Below, piece by piece: positions 24,853 to 39,000 of a DNA stretch of 64,000 nucleotides. The position numbers were made by a program, and so were the translations under genes. Below the pieces are notes generated by a model that made no database searches, had not been told where the DNA came from, and saw nothing but the letters and a program-made list of their open reading frames with translations. Origin of the DNA: Mytilus edulis (taxonomy: Eukaryota); the NCBI RefSeq assembly GCF_963676685.1, contig NC_092353.1:16368001-16432000 (forward strand), in the 5' to 3' direction. Every line of letters starts with the position of its first letter. Position 1 is the first letter of the stretch.

Positions 24853-27800
24853 ATGGAAAGGGCAATTTTCTGTTTATTTACAATTTTCATCGGTAAGAGT
24901 AATTTTTACTATACATACCCGTTCAAATTAAACATGCATAGTATTATTCAATTATATTGACTAATATTAATGGAAATTTGAACAATTGCACGTTTGCACC
25001 TTATTAAATAAATATTCGAAAGAAACCATCAGATGTAAATTTAGGAATTCGATATACCTAATAAAAGATAACCCAGATTCAATGAAATCTCTCGTAATAT
25101 TTCCAACGAATCTATATTACCTTCGTTATAGACAAAATGTAAGACAAATTATTTTTTCAAAATAATCATAATTAAAAAAAACAACAAACAGTAGGTTTGA
25201 ATTTTGGCATTGTTTTGTCAGGAATTTAGTAGGACAGTTCAACTATATATCGACCCGGCAACAATATTTCATTAATGTTCAAGATAAATACAATGAAGGG
25301 CAACCATTAAATCTTTTCCCTTAATGGCAACTGGGCTACCAATGATCAACTGTGATAAAATCTGCCATTCAGCAAAATAATAAGTTCACATTCTGTCAAA
25401 TCCACGACGCTTTTTTCACAATATCTGAAAATATACAACAAACAACAGAAAAAAAAATTCTAATGGGTGGGTTGGGTTTTGTTGTTTTTATATCAGTTTA
25501 AATCATGCAATGAACAAATCATGTAAAGCATACAATTTTATATAAAAAAAACCGGGGTAACCGCTTTTGCAATTATGTTAGTAAATAAAGACGCTTAAGT
25601 CCTTAATTAAAGAAAAGTTAACTCTAGTTTACCAGATGATAATCTCAATTTATCAAATTTATTTAATGCTAAATGATAAAATAATGTTGATATCATGAAC
25701 ATCAAAATATTCAATCCGTTTAAGAACCTTTGATTAAAGGAGACAATATTACATAAATATTGAAATATATTAAATTCGTCCCCATTTTGTATTAAATTAT
25801 ATATTATTCTATATTTCATTAGATGTCAACAGTAGCAGCATGTTATTTTGTTTTGTTCATTTTTATATGCACACACATTAATTTCTATACTTGCGTTATT
25901 TTATCCTTTATTTAGGTCTAATTTATAAAGCACCAAAGCATTGTGTTGCTCGAGCTGCACGGTTTCGATGATAAACACAGAACGTACATGTATACCTTTA
26001 CTACACTTCACTTTTGATAACTATTTACACCAATGGGTCGACACTACTGATGGACGTTTCATATCAATAATGTGGTTATTTTTATAAATTTCCTGTTTAA
26101 CAAACTTTCTTTTTTTTTCTTGATTTTTTCGAAAAACTAAGGATATTCTTATCCCAGGCGTAGATTTACCTTAGCCGTATTTGGCACAACATTTTTGAAT
26201 TCAGGATTCTCAATGCTCTTCAACTTTTTACTTGTATGGCTTTATAAATATTTTGATATGAGTGTCACTGGTGAGTCTTATGTAGATGAAACGCGCGTCT
26301 GACGTACTAAATTATAATTCTAGTACTTTTGATAACTATATTCACCACAAATGAAATAGTTCGTAATTGATGGTATAACGACAACACACGTTTTTGTACT
26401 ATCCTCCTTTAGAGTATACGATTCATCAGCTAACAACACCAATTTAACAACGACGACAACATTTTATCATAAACAAAAAAGTGTCATTTGACCTATATGG
26501 CATATGTCATGTTTCTTAAAGAAAACCGTGAACTCATGTTGTATCTGCCTATTTTAATAAAAACACTTGCAGCTAAAACATTTTTATAACCTTCTGATAT
26601 TATTTTCAGGGATAGTTCTTGTAACAGCAGTGTCTAAGTGTCCTAAAGACTGGGCAGAATTTAACAACGAATGTCTATTTTTCAGTTATGACAGAAGAAA
26701 CTGGTTGGATTCTCAGGTAATGAAATGAAAATTATGGGAAGTTTGTTTGTTGCCGCTGATACATGTTTATTACTGACAATCATTTCTTATTTCGTTTGTG
26801 TATATATTGATATATAGACTAGGTGCAATTATATGATTTGATGTAATTGACAAACAACATTATTTAACACCAAAACCAAAATCTTATAAATCAGTGGTTG
26901 TCTTTTGTTAATGTCTTTCATATATGCTTAAGTGTATTGTTTATTGTTTCAAATGTATATGTGACCGCGTTTAAATGTATGCCGGTATGTTTAAAGAACT
27001 ATCCTCTCGACCAAACGAACAAGCTCTAGGTGGCTACATCTGTTAATTGTCTATCCTATTTGCCCTTGTGTCCTTATACAAAATAACAAAAACAGGCTTT
27101 CAGAAACTAAATAATATCTTATTTAAAAGCAAACATAACTGATTGATACTTTCCTCTGCAGTACTTTTTCATGCAGCCACACGACAACATATGTATTACG
27201 AAGTAACTTTATAAGCATAATTAACAGTCATAAGCAATAGACCATTGAAATTCATAGAAATCCTACCCTACTGAAAAACAATGCTTGACCTTTTAAAATA
27301 TACTCATGCAATATCTTTTATTTCTAACATTCAGAAAAGTTGTCGAGCTCAAAACGCCTATTTAGCAACAGATGACAGTGCAGACAAACATTCCTTCATT
27401 AGACAGATTGTCAGCGTATTAGACGGTAAGATTGCAGAATTATAATGTGTAGGTTGCACTCATGTTTAAAAAGACAAAGAGATTTTCGGTAGGAAATCCT
27501 TTCGCGGATAATGATTTTTAACTATAAATGTAAATTTGTTTCCGAAAGAGTCTTGGTTTTTGAAACAGCTGTATTTACAAAGTGTAACCTATTCTTTTCT
27601 TAATTATTTGTTTTAAAACATATCAAACTGATATTTATACACACTTATCTATCATTTCAATTTTTATATGCTTATAAAACCGAGAAGTATGCTACGTACA
27701 TCATGAAAATTAGAGTCAAAATGACCTGTAAATACTATTCCAGAGGTGGAAAACAGTAACATTTTAATTTAGCGATGCAATATTTCTATATTCACCCGTA

Positions 27801-29111
27801 TTTTTATAGCAATTACAGTTTTCAAATAAACTTCACATACGAAAAAAATAAATAAAAATCACAAAAATACTGAATTTCCGAAGAAAATTCATAACGGAAA
27901 GTCCCTAATAAAATGGCAAAATCAAATGATAAAACACATCAAACGAATGAACAACAAAGTGTCTTACTTAACTGTCGGTTAAATGAATAGATACGGTGGA
28001 TACCAATAAGTTAAAAAATGACACTCCATAAACCAAGTAAGTCCTGGTTAAAACAAAAGGTAACTAAAGCCAGAAAGTTTTGGATGAAATACAGAATTAC
28101 TTTCTAAGATGTAAGTTATTATTTTTAAAGGCGAACGGATTAAAGCTTTCTACATTGGAGCATCTGATCAAGCATTTGAAGGACAATGGCGCTGGTTGGA
28201 AACTGGTGTCCCACTAAAAGGTTACACTCAATGGGGACCAGGAAAACCAGAACCTAACGGTACAATAGCAAACAATCAGAATTGTATGATGTATTACTGG
28301 GTTGATGATGACCTGTATTGGACTGATCATGATTGTAATGACAGAAATGTTCATTTTATCTGTGAGAAACAGTAAGTTTACTATGTACTATGTCGTCGGA
28401 ATTCCGATAACAGTCAGTCTATATTTATGAATAGCTTATAACTAGTTAGTTATCAAAGGTACCAGGATTATAATTTAATACGTCAGTTACGCGTTTTGTC
28501 AACATAAGACTCATCAGTGAAACTCAGTTCAAACTAGTTTTAAGCCAAACAGGTACAAAGTTAAAGACAGACTTCTGAAAAGCTACGAATCATCTGCGAA
28601 TAAAAATTATAGCTATGTTTACCCAATAGATAAATAAAATCAACACTAAAATGATTTGCTTCGTGAATATTTTTTTAATTCGTCGTACAAACGACACGTT
28701 GAAATTATTATCGGTTATTAATTCCTACAAAAGTTATCAAGACTCATAGAATCGATTCCATGAAAGTCCATTTTCAAAGTTCCCTGATTCAGTTCTTAAT
28801 GGTGTTGGAATCTCACAAAAGGATTCATTGTCAAAACTTGACCTTAATAAATGATATGTATTCGAAGTGTATCACCCCTTTTACCTGGTAGAGCTCTGTA
28901 TGCGACTAGCCATGGCCCAATTGTTTAACTTGCTGAAATATATATAGCATTTTTTTTAATTCAACCTCGATGGACTTTTACCTCAGCTTATATTTATGTT
29001 AGCGTAATAATTTATTTACTTGTATTCGCAGAAAGTTAATTAAAATACTTGTCTTTGATTTACAGAGCTTCAGACTTCCAAAATTCAACACAGATTATTG
29101 GAAGAAGATAA
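24853..29111 (+). CDS. C-type lectin 3 (perlucin-like), secreted, 174 aa; closest paralogue of lectin 2
   Basis: Exons 24853-24892, 26610-26716, 27335-27425, 28131-28371, 29066-29111 (525 nt). Same first four exon sizes as lectin 2 (40/107/91/241). MERAIFCLFTIFIGIVLVTA..; KPE and WTD motifs; ends ASDFQNSTQIIGRR*. Confidence 0.93.
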
Positions 29112-32103
29112 AGCTGTCATCAGTAAATACTACAACCAAGTAGCTGACTTTTACAATATAATAATAAACTTTTGTTGTAACTGAACATTTATCATTTCAA
29201 AGGAAGTATACAAATCTCTAAAATGTAATATGAGAATTGTTTAAAATGGACAAAACAATATAAGGAAGGTTTTTTTTCACTTGCTTCGTTGATTGATAGT
29301 GTTTAGTTATGTCAGTTATGATAGTGCGCCTTTTTGAAGTTGTCTTCGAGATTTTGTTTGTACTTTTTTAAGCGCAATATAAGTCAACCTGAATTTTGTT
29401 CACATATCATTTTTCTATATAATGGAATTATATGAGACAGTCGCACAATTGAGAGGCTTAGCCAGCAATAAAACAGGTTAATCCACCACTTTTTACACGA
29501 GAAACTGCCTGTAAAAAGTCAGGAATATGAAAATAACTGTCCATTCGTTTGATGTAATTTTAACTTTTGATTTTGCCATTCGATTATGGACTTTCTGTTT
29601 TGAATATTCCGTGGAGTTATTTTTTTTATTATTATTTTCTTTTTTTTCTGTACTGAGATCGTAATCTATAGCTTTGAGCAATGTTTCCTTTGGAGTCCTA
29701 ATCAACAAATTCCTTATCATCTCGAGTGTAAAACTGCTTTTAACTGATATCGTCTCTTCGTGTTATTTTACGAAAAATGCCGTTTTTTTATGTTTTTACC
29801 TTCTTCTTTGTAAGAAGCAATGCATAGAGGACAGCAATTGAGGAATATTCTGCATTAAAAACACCACCAACATCTGTCTCAATAGAAAACATAGTTTACC
29901 TAGCATTAGACACATGATTTCTATGTTTAAACACGGTAAGCATCAATAGTTGCTAAAGAAGTAGTGGATGTGGTCAAATCTTCTGGTTTGGCCAATTTGC
30001 ACCTAATTAATTCCAAACTTCAATTTTGTCTGAGCGAGGTTTATATGATTGTTAAAGAAAAATATGTTATAAATATTTTCAGTTCTAAGTACCGAGCAGC
30101 TGATATTACCATTGAAGAGTAAAAAGTAAAATCACAAACATAATAAACTCCGAGGAAAATTTTAAACGGAAAGTCCCTAATCATATGGCAAAATCAAATG
30201 ATTAAACATGTCAAACGAATGGACAATTACTGCCATATTCCTGACTTAGTACAGTCATATTTTCAAATGAAGAAAATGGTTGATTGAACCGGGTTTTATA
30301 GCACTAAATCTCTCACTTGTATGACAGTTCACATCATCCTCGTTAAAAGATGATTATAATTTTATCAATTTCAGCTTCCGTAGCGCTTTTTTGTTTTACT
30401 CTCAAACATTTAAAAGTCATTTACGGGCGTAGACATACATGTTTAATTGAAGAGCGATATTACCAAAGGGAATAAGGTGAATAGCTAAATTTATCAAAGA
30501 TAAATTATGACTCAGTCAGTTTGAACTTTATTTGTAAAGGGAAATTTAAGATGCGTTTGTTATATACATCATGTTTATAAGTACATCATAAAATTGAGAA
30601 TAAAATTGTGAATGTGTCAAAGAGACAACAACCCGATATATGGATCCATAAACTGTAAACTGTACTGAATTAAAAATTGTTATTTCAATAATATGAAACC
30701 TTATTATTCATACCTTGCCATTTGAAAATCTGTATCAGTAAAATACCAATGTCATCCGGCGTTATGCAGTACTGTTGAAAACAATGAAACCAATTTTTGA
30801 GTTTTGAATACTATTAGTTTCGTGAAACTGTGTTTTTATTGCAGAATTGTCTATCTAAGTTTTAATATAAGAAATATTTTTAATATCATATTTGCGTTTT
30901 TGAGACAACTGCTGGATACATGTCATATCTAATTTTTATATGTTTGCCAAGCAATTCTGTTGTAATGTTATGTTTCAAAATATTGCCATAAGGCATCAGA
31001 TGGTTGTAAAACTTTTACATCCACTTGCCAAACAGCTAAAATTGTCGTGATGCTTATAAATAAGATTTTCGTCCCTTGCATCTAAAAATATATTGTGTAA
31101 ATAGATTAATAGATCAGTTGTAAGCAAACCTTACTACAAACAATATAAACAAAGACATGCATCTACGTATGCAAAATAAACTAAAAACCACAAACTCTCC
31201 TTGTGATATATGACTGAAATTCGGGCAAACCGAGATACTTAAAAAGTACAAAGTTATCGGAGGTACCAGGCTTATAATTTGAAAAACACGACCATAAATC
31301 AAAACCAATAAACGTTATGAGAACAAAAGACCAATGGTTGATGATATTGACGCACAAACCTCTTAGTAAAACCTATATTTGTCACAGATACAGTTTAAGG
31401 GATAAAAGATAACAGATTCAGAGTATAATGTAACTGTAACTGCAATGCGACCACATAGTATTCGTATTTCACACGTCCAAATGAAGCATTTCGACAGTAT
31501 CATGTTTACGAATCAAGAATTTGAGGTTGTTACTCATTTGATTTTTCAGTTATTACTGAAGGTTTGAGTGGTATCATATATATGTAGGACTCAAATCTAT
31601 GGTGGGTTCCAAATCTTTGGCAAATGTGACGTCATGCCATCCCAAATCTATAGCAGATTTTTTACAATCCTAATCTATGGTAAGTTTTGTAGTTTCCTAG
31701 TCTTTGACGGATTTTTGTTGTTTCCCCAAATCTATGGCAGATGTTGTGCAAATGGAAAACAATGCAGTACATATACGACTAATGATTTGTCCTAAAGAAG
31801 TTGATATGTACCACAATGGGATCATGTCTATAAACCTTTGTGAAATAAACATTCCATAATTGTCAAATCGTGAACAATTCGTAAATGATGAATTCATATA
31901 CCTTAATACAGACTTCGAGATTGAAAGGGTGTGTCCCGTAAAAATAAACATGTTCTAATCTGTGCATGGTACCTTTTTAACCTATTCATTAATCCAACTA
32001 CACTACCAAGAATTTACTCACGTTTTTTGGTACATTTCTACCCTCGTATATCAGTACTGCTCGGCAAGACAGAAAACTTGTAATATTATACTTTTTGTTT
32101 ATT

Positions 32104-32420
32104 CAGTACTGTTTTTGACAGTACTGTTTCATTACTGATTTTGACAGGACTGTTTCAGTACTGATTTTGACAGTACTGTTTCAGGACTGATTTTAATAGT
32201 ACTGTTTCAGGACTTATTTCGTCAGTACTGTTTCAGTACTGATTTTGACAGTACTGTTTCAGTTCTGTTTTTGTCAGTACTGTTCCAGTACTGTTTCAGT
32301 GCTGATTTTGTCAGTACTGATTCAGTTCTGATTTCGTCAGTACTGTGACAGTACTGATTTCGTCAGAAATGTTTCAGTACTGATTTTGTCAGTAGTGTTT
32401 CAGTGCTGATTTTGTACTGT
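32104..32420 (+). repeat. Left subterminal tandem array, 26-bp unit GACAGTACTGTTTCAGTACTGATTTT (about 12 copies)
   Basis: Directly visible; each unit has two CAGTACTG palindromes. Confidence 0.95.
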
Positions 32421-33178
32421 AAGTATACCGATTTTTTTAATTCTATTATTGAGTTGATATTTTCATTCACCGTTTTAGTAATAAATTTACTTTTTAGTGC
32501 GCACCTTATGATATCCATATGAAAAATAGTTGTTTCTTTGGGTATATTTGCAGCAGTCGATTTGGTGTGGTTAACCTTTTAAATTTGAATGTGTATTGTT
32601 TTAAAAAATATTTGGAACTGAAAACTTATATATCTAGGTAGGTATAGTATGGTACATAATAATTGTGACAAATTTTTATCTTGCGTAGACATCTCTGATT
32701 CAGTGTTGGTCTATCAATAGAGAAATTTTTACAATGTGCATCTCAGTACAATTGGTATCCAAATATAGGTTTGATAATTCTGTGACAATATTACTGTTAT
32801 CCTTTTTTATCTGGTTACGTTTTTGTACTTGTACGAAACTCAGGATTCAATGGTTCATGATTATATTTGTTTTCTTTCTAATGATGCCATATTGATAAAT
32901 CATTTTGTTTATAGGTCTTCAATTTTCACATCGAACATTCCCATTTCTAATCCTGTCACCATTGCTGTTAATCATTCTGATGTGACCAGGTGGAATAAGG
33001 CTCAGATAAATTGAATGCAGAACGTTCATATATTTAATAAATATAAAATAGAATAGAAGGCAACGACCGATCTGAAATATACAGATAATGACAAATAAAT
33101 ACAACTTTACATATAAATGCATATGAATATATCATTTTGTAGCAAATAATATGGTATTGTTACGCAATGATACCTTTA

Positions 33179-36061
33179 TTAATTAACCAGTCCAATATGA
33201 ACTCTAGCCGGGCCAATATGAAGATTGAAAATAGTGTGAAAATCTGACATTCAGGACTTCAATAGTAGTGATTTGAATATGTATCAATGAAAATTGAGGA
33301 TTTTAATCAAAACAATAAAATAGTAACAATTTTATTAAATAATCAACAGTAAATAAACACAACAAGTAAAAAACATGTTTTTATCTAGTTTTCAGATTAA
33401 AGCTCTTGGCTGCAGTTTATAGTATTCTTTCTTTCCCCTGAGTATATGTTAATATTGAAAACACCACCTGTTATAGTTGCACCTGCAAACATGGCCATTG
33501 GGTTGTCATGTTTGTTAGCAGTTTGATTATTTGTATTTGATACATTTGCATTTAAATTATTATGAACTAATGTATTTGAGTTTGAAAGTTCACAAGGTTC
33601 CTCTGAATCTGATGTCGTCTGTAAATCTGAGTTCGGCAACATGACCTTAGATATTGTGTGAGAAGCTTGTTGCTGTTGTTCAATAGACGGTACTGAATAA
33701 TGAGTTAAGGTAATAATGCCTTTCCAGCCTCCTAATTGAGCAACTTCATTGGCAGGTCTACCATTTTGAAGTAGTGTGGTAGCAAAAGTTTTACGTCCCG
33801 AATGATTAACCTTTCTTCCTTGAAGATCTCCTTTTTCTGCCATATTTTTTACCATTTTACCTAATTTATCTTTGCCTATGGTTTGGCGAGTGTACCATAT
33901 TTCCTCATGTTTATTATCTAAAGGCCTCAAATAAAATCTATGTTCATCAGTTAATGTGTCTTGAGGTCTATGCCGTTTGTATTCCTTGTAAACATGAATA
34001 GGGCAATTACTTCCTCCTTCCCCGAAAATCTTTGGCGTAATATCCCGGAAATCCCTGCTTTTTGCTCCACTACGGGTTTTGGTGCTTCTTTCTGAAAAAA
34101 GTATGCTTATGTCAATATTTAAAGAAGAATTATCCTTCCTGTCTGTACAAAACTTTCACTTTTATATAACAAAAAACATGTATTGCATAGTAAATAAGAT
34201 TTGTTTTGATAAATATAAAACAATGGTTAATATCCTTAAAAGCACAAATTACCAACTTTTGTCAGGACTGTTGTACATGTACATCCATTATCCACAGAAG
34301 TATATATTCTGTGATTTCTAAAAGATTTAAAATATCAACTATTTAAATGATGGAAATCATAACATAATCTCACCATTAAATTCCAAATACTCCTTTCCAT
34401 CAGATGTAGCTTTTAACTTGACATCTCCCCATGTCATGTTAACATGGTCTTGTCGACCTCGTAGACCAAAGTATGTTGCATTATTTAAAAACACAGCATT
34501 CAGTAATGCATCAGGGTTTTCTGGAAAAAGAAAAAAAAAAGAACTTAACTAAAATACATGTATCTTAATGTAAATATCCAACTTAAAATAGTATTTAAAG
34601 GACAAATACTGTATCAAAATGCAAAAGACCTCTGGAGACACTCTCATTGTTCAAGACCTTATGTGTATTTTAAACATTTTTTATTAGAACAACCATTTAA
34701 TAATCAGGGATGGATAGAGGGCGACAAGGAAATAAAATAATTTGTTTGCCACAAGGTTAGAAAAATGTTTAATTAAAAGTTACTGACTGACACGCTGGAA
34801 TACAACATTTTTTTTAAACTTACGTGTTCCAATAACGCCTTTCTCCCTCAAGATTTGGATTTCCTCAGTCGTCAAAGGTTCAGCTCTGTTTGGCTTACTG
34901 CCCTTGCCCAATGACTTTAATGCCTTTCGCTTCGCTTCTAATACCCGTCTTGTGTGGTTGAACTCAGGATCCTTTTTAATACTGAAACATTAAAGAAAAG
35001 ATATGCATAATATCTGACATGTAATTTTTGCATGTACATGTTTTATACTTATAGCAAAGAGAAACCAAGGAATATTCATTGTACACAAGCTTAAGATCAT
35101 CAAAACCACATTGACCCAGATGATATATATAGTTTTTACCAAAAAAAATGACACAAGGCTAAAATTAAAATATTGGCACTGAATATTCGAGTCATAATGC
35201 TTGACAGAATAATGCAAAGGCTATCATGCTATATCAAGACAAGGGAGTTACATGTCTCACAGATATCAAATAATCTACATGAAAATAATCGTACCTTATA
35301 CTACTTTTTGAGTCCTTCAAATGTCTATCCAAGCTGTTGAACATAGAGGATAAAGAGTCAGGCTCATATTCGTCACCATTTTTCTTCAGGACTCCAAGAA
35401 AAAATCTTGATAACAGACTGTCCAAGTCTTTGGCAGGTATTTCCACTGAATCACGCATTTCTCCAACAGATATGAAAAAATCCAGCATCACTTTCAAGTC
35501 ACTCTTTGTTTTAGTTTTTGTGTTCTTGTTAACACTTAAAGCTAGAAAAGAGTCAGTGTCTTCATCAGTGACAGAGCGAAACCTCTTGCTACTCGAGCTA
35601 TTTTCTTTGTCTGATTCGTCAATCTCATGATTCTGTGCATTTTCAATGTCCTGCAGAATTTCATTTGGGAAGTTGAAATTCGCTGAATCAACTTCTTCCA
35701 GAATCAAATTTCCTTCCCCATTGACATCCGCGAGATTTCTCTTGATGTACTCTGCCTCCCTATTAGATAAATCGTCGTAGTGAAAATAGTCTTCAACTAA
35801 CGCATCCATCGCATCATCTATATTTTTTATAGAGCTATTGCTCCATCGTTTTGTTGTCATTTTCTCCTGTCAGACGACACTCGCCGTAGTTCTCTAGAGT
35901 TATCGGGATTTCAACCGATTAGTCTAGAGCTAATCGAATATGCTAATATTGGGCTTGCTAAACCCGGGCCAATACGGAAAAATCCGTATTGGCCTTATAG
36001 GACAAAATTATCGATTTGGCAGTTTTACTCGTATTTAGTCAAATAAGCTCCAGTTAATTAA
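33179..36061 (-). mobile_element. Crypton (tyrosine-recombinase DNA transposon), apparently full length
   Basis: YR gene bracketed by TTAATTAA at 33179-33186 and 36054-36061. CCAATA-containing motifs near both ends, including hairpin GGCCAATACGGA-AAAA-TCCGTATTGGCC at 35967-35994. Lies inside another transposon. Confidence 0.8.
33397..35860 (-). CDS. Crypton-type tyrosine recombinase (DUF3504 / KIAA1958-ZMYM-like), 521 aa, 4 exons
   Basis: Minus-strand exons 35860-35295, 34981-34824, 34520-34374, 34091-33397 (1566 nt), all GT-AG, no internal stop. Motifs: KNTKTKT..D, LDSLLSRFF..KKNGDEYEPDSL, LEAKRKALKSLGKG.KPNRAEPLT, FGLRGRQDH, ERSTKTRSG, CPIHVYKEY, WYTRQTIG, NHSGRKT, LGGWK..LTHY. Confidence 0.93.
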
Positions 36062-39000
36062 TAATGTATATTATGTTTCATTACACAATTGCAAATAAAT
36101 AATAATGCAAAACACAGTTAAATGACAACTCTGAATGTAAACAATTTGTTAATCAATGCTAATGAAAACTGTTCACTAAAGTAAGTTGACCATACTACTA
36201 TATACAATACTATGTAACATTGAAAGTTAATTACAGGTAAATAAGAAAAATATAAAGTTTGAAATACAATTAGCAAAGTAAATGAAACTAAATAAAATAT
36301 TTAAGTCAAAAACATTTAATCATAAACTAATTTGAAAAACCCTTAAATGTAAATATCTTATAATGCTGGCTACGGCTTTTGATGTTGTTTCTGGTGTTTC
36401 TTATTCTGTATTGATAATAAAGTTTAAAAGTACAATATATATAGTCAATAGGTGAACTGTTAAACTAGATAGAACTAGATAAAACAACTATTAAGTAAGG
36501 TAGTTTGTCCAATAGCCAGTGGTGAGTGAATATCAAAGAGCCCAGATAGAGTATTTTGGATTCATTGAACCATATAATACAAAATATGTTCAATATAGTA
36601 AGATCATTATAATATAGGGTAAAATAGATATAAACTAATTACAAAGTTGGGAATAATATCAAATAGATAATATGGATATAAATGAACTTGTCCACACTGA
36701 GGAAAGAAAATGAATCGACTTTATAAAGGCTATTATAAACTTTCTTATGTTTCCTCATTTCTGTGTTATGTAAAAATAACAAGAATGCACAATTATGGAA
36801 GGGAATGGTCATCAAAATGTACTTATTACTTTATATACTACCAGAAGTCCAGTAATGGACTGGACTCCTGATACTACATGTATATATAATCAATCACAGT
36901 TGAAATTTGTTGCTAAATAAAAAAAAATTAAAAAATATGATAATTCAATTCATCATCATCAGAGTATTGGTGTTTGCCAGTGGCAAGTATTTCATGCACG
37001 TGTAGCTTTAACAATCAATCTCATTATGTGCTCTTTATAATCAGATTCGTGAAACAACGACAAAAAGACATTTAAATATATACTCATTACTTTATAAATA
37101 CAAAAGTACATTAATGTTTAATAAATTGAAGTGGAAATTCAATTTAATTGAAAATTTAGCGTACATATATTGCACTCAGAAACGTGTCCAATTCCCCCAA
37201 CACGTGTCCATGTGACGTCAATGATCTGATAAACATGTCAAATTGCACGGGCGCCAAAATGGGTTCTGGTTATCAACGTCTAACTGTGTCTTTTAAAAGC
37301 AGAAACCACTTCTGCGGGAAGCCGGTCGTCCAATACCTTCATAGACATACATTTTTAAAAAGACATTTAGGCATCACCGGATAATATTAGAACAAAAGAA
37401 TTTACTTACTATTAAACCATGATTTGAACTTTACAAAACTTATTAAATGCAATGTTTATGAGGTTTTTTTTCTAAATACGCATAACATATTGCCAATGGA
37501 CATTAGGCAATCCATAGGTAATTATGTGTTGTAAACTTAGCCTGCAGTTATGCTTGTTATGAATAACCTATGTTGAACAAACTAATGCTTATATATGACA
37601 TACAATGAAGCACCGGGGAAAAATACAGTATGCAATGTATTAGTTTTCTTAATTGTGAAGTACCTCTGTCTGAACTTTATTATAATAATAATCATATTGA
37701 TAAAAAAAAATCATACACCTGGGACAGAGTTGTAACAGTACTACATAACAACAAACTATAAAATTCAGTTGAAAAGGGCTTATTTAACTCATCAGATGAA
37801 TACAAATAGAAATCCATCTAACAAAAACATAATGGACGTTGCCGGATACTTGTATATCCAAACAAGAAAAAGTCACTAAATATTGATCTGAGAGTACTTG
37901 CAGTTACTGACAGCTAGTTCAAAGCCACTAACAACTAATAACAAAAATCATGCATCCAACTTCTAAGACTTAGTTCATAACTTTATTCATTTAGAACTGT
38001 AGATTATAAAATCTTAGTTTTTTTCCTTCTGTTTAAAATAGATTAAATTACAAAATTACAGATGCAATGTTCAACATATATTACGTTTAAAGACGGCAAA
38101 TTTGTGTTATATATTCTTTAAAATAATATACAAACTAAAGAGACAGAAAGACATAAATTTTGCCTCAAAGGGCAAGCGAGAATAAACCAAGAAACAATTT
38201 TCCAATGTCCTTTTTTTCACGGAGTTAATGCAACTTCAAAACGGCTGGCTTTCATATCATTCCCATTGTTGTTATAAAGTAGAAAAAACAATGAATAATC
38301 GATAATAGTGTGGACCGTGGTGCTTGAATATAAAGAAAAGAGAATAACAGTCAAAATTTATAATAAATAATGAAAAATGATATAGAATAATACACAATAC
38401 AGAAATGAAGAAACCACATCCAGACCCTTTTATAAGTTGCACATTTTAATTTGTTTTGCCTTCTAAATCTTCCTGTTTGGACCGGTCTTGGTTTTCTTAC
38501 TGCAAATGAAACGGCATGTGAAATTTATATGAAGAGATCATGTACACACACTTTTTAGATATATATTTATGTTATTGGTCAATGATTGAATTTATGTCGG
38601 TTCAAAGCTCCATAGAGCTCTGTGGGGGCCCCTTCAGTCCAAAGCCACATTGGTCCGATTGCCCAATAGCTCGACACCCTATAGTCCGACCACACATTGG
38701 AACGACACACGAATAAACTGACACATTATTATTGAGCAATATTTTGTATAAAAAATCTTTATTTGAAGAGGATTTAATCCCAATAGTTAAAAATAATCTC
38801 ACTGAGATTCCTAAAAAAAAATAGCATATTCATAAAGTACATGTATTAAAAATGTGCTTAATGTCCAGTTGCAAGTATTACATGCATGTTCAAAACAGTT
38901 GTTGAATAAGTACAATAGGTAAGTCCCGTAATAGATCTGGGGTGAAAGAAGGTCAAAGAAACTTGGACTGCCACTGGACAATGAAAGCATATATTCAATA

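Noticed and set aside
32104-32420. Palindromic regular repeats as a CRISPR array
   Set aside because: No unique spacers, no cas genes, eukaryotic context; mirrored at 43058-43400 as transposon subterminal repeats.
35337-35630. Antisense ORF over the recombinase (also 15690-15896 over the IgGFc exon)
   Set aside because: Shadow ORFs of real coding strands.
33397-35860. Domesticated host gene (KIAA1958/ZMYM/QRICH1 orthologue)
   Set aside because: No gene symbol given: compact gene, full catalytic set, Crypton-like termini, and location inside another transposon favour a mobile element.
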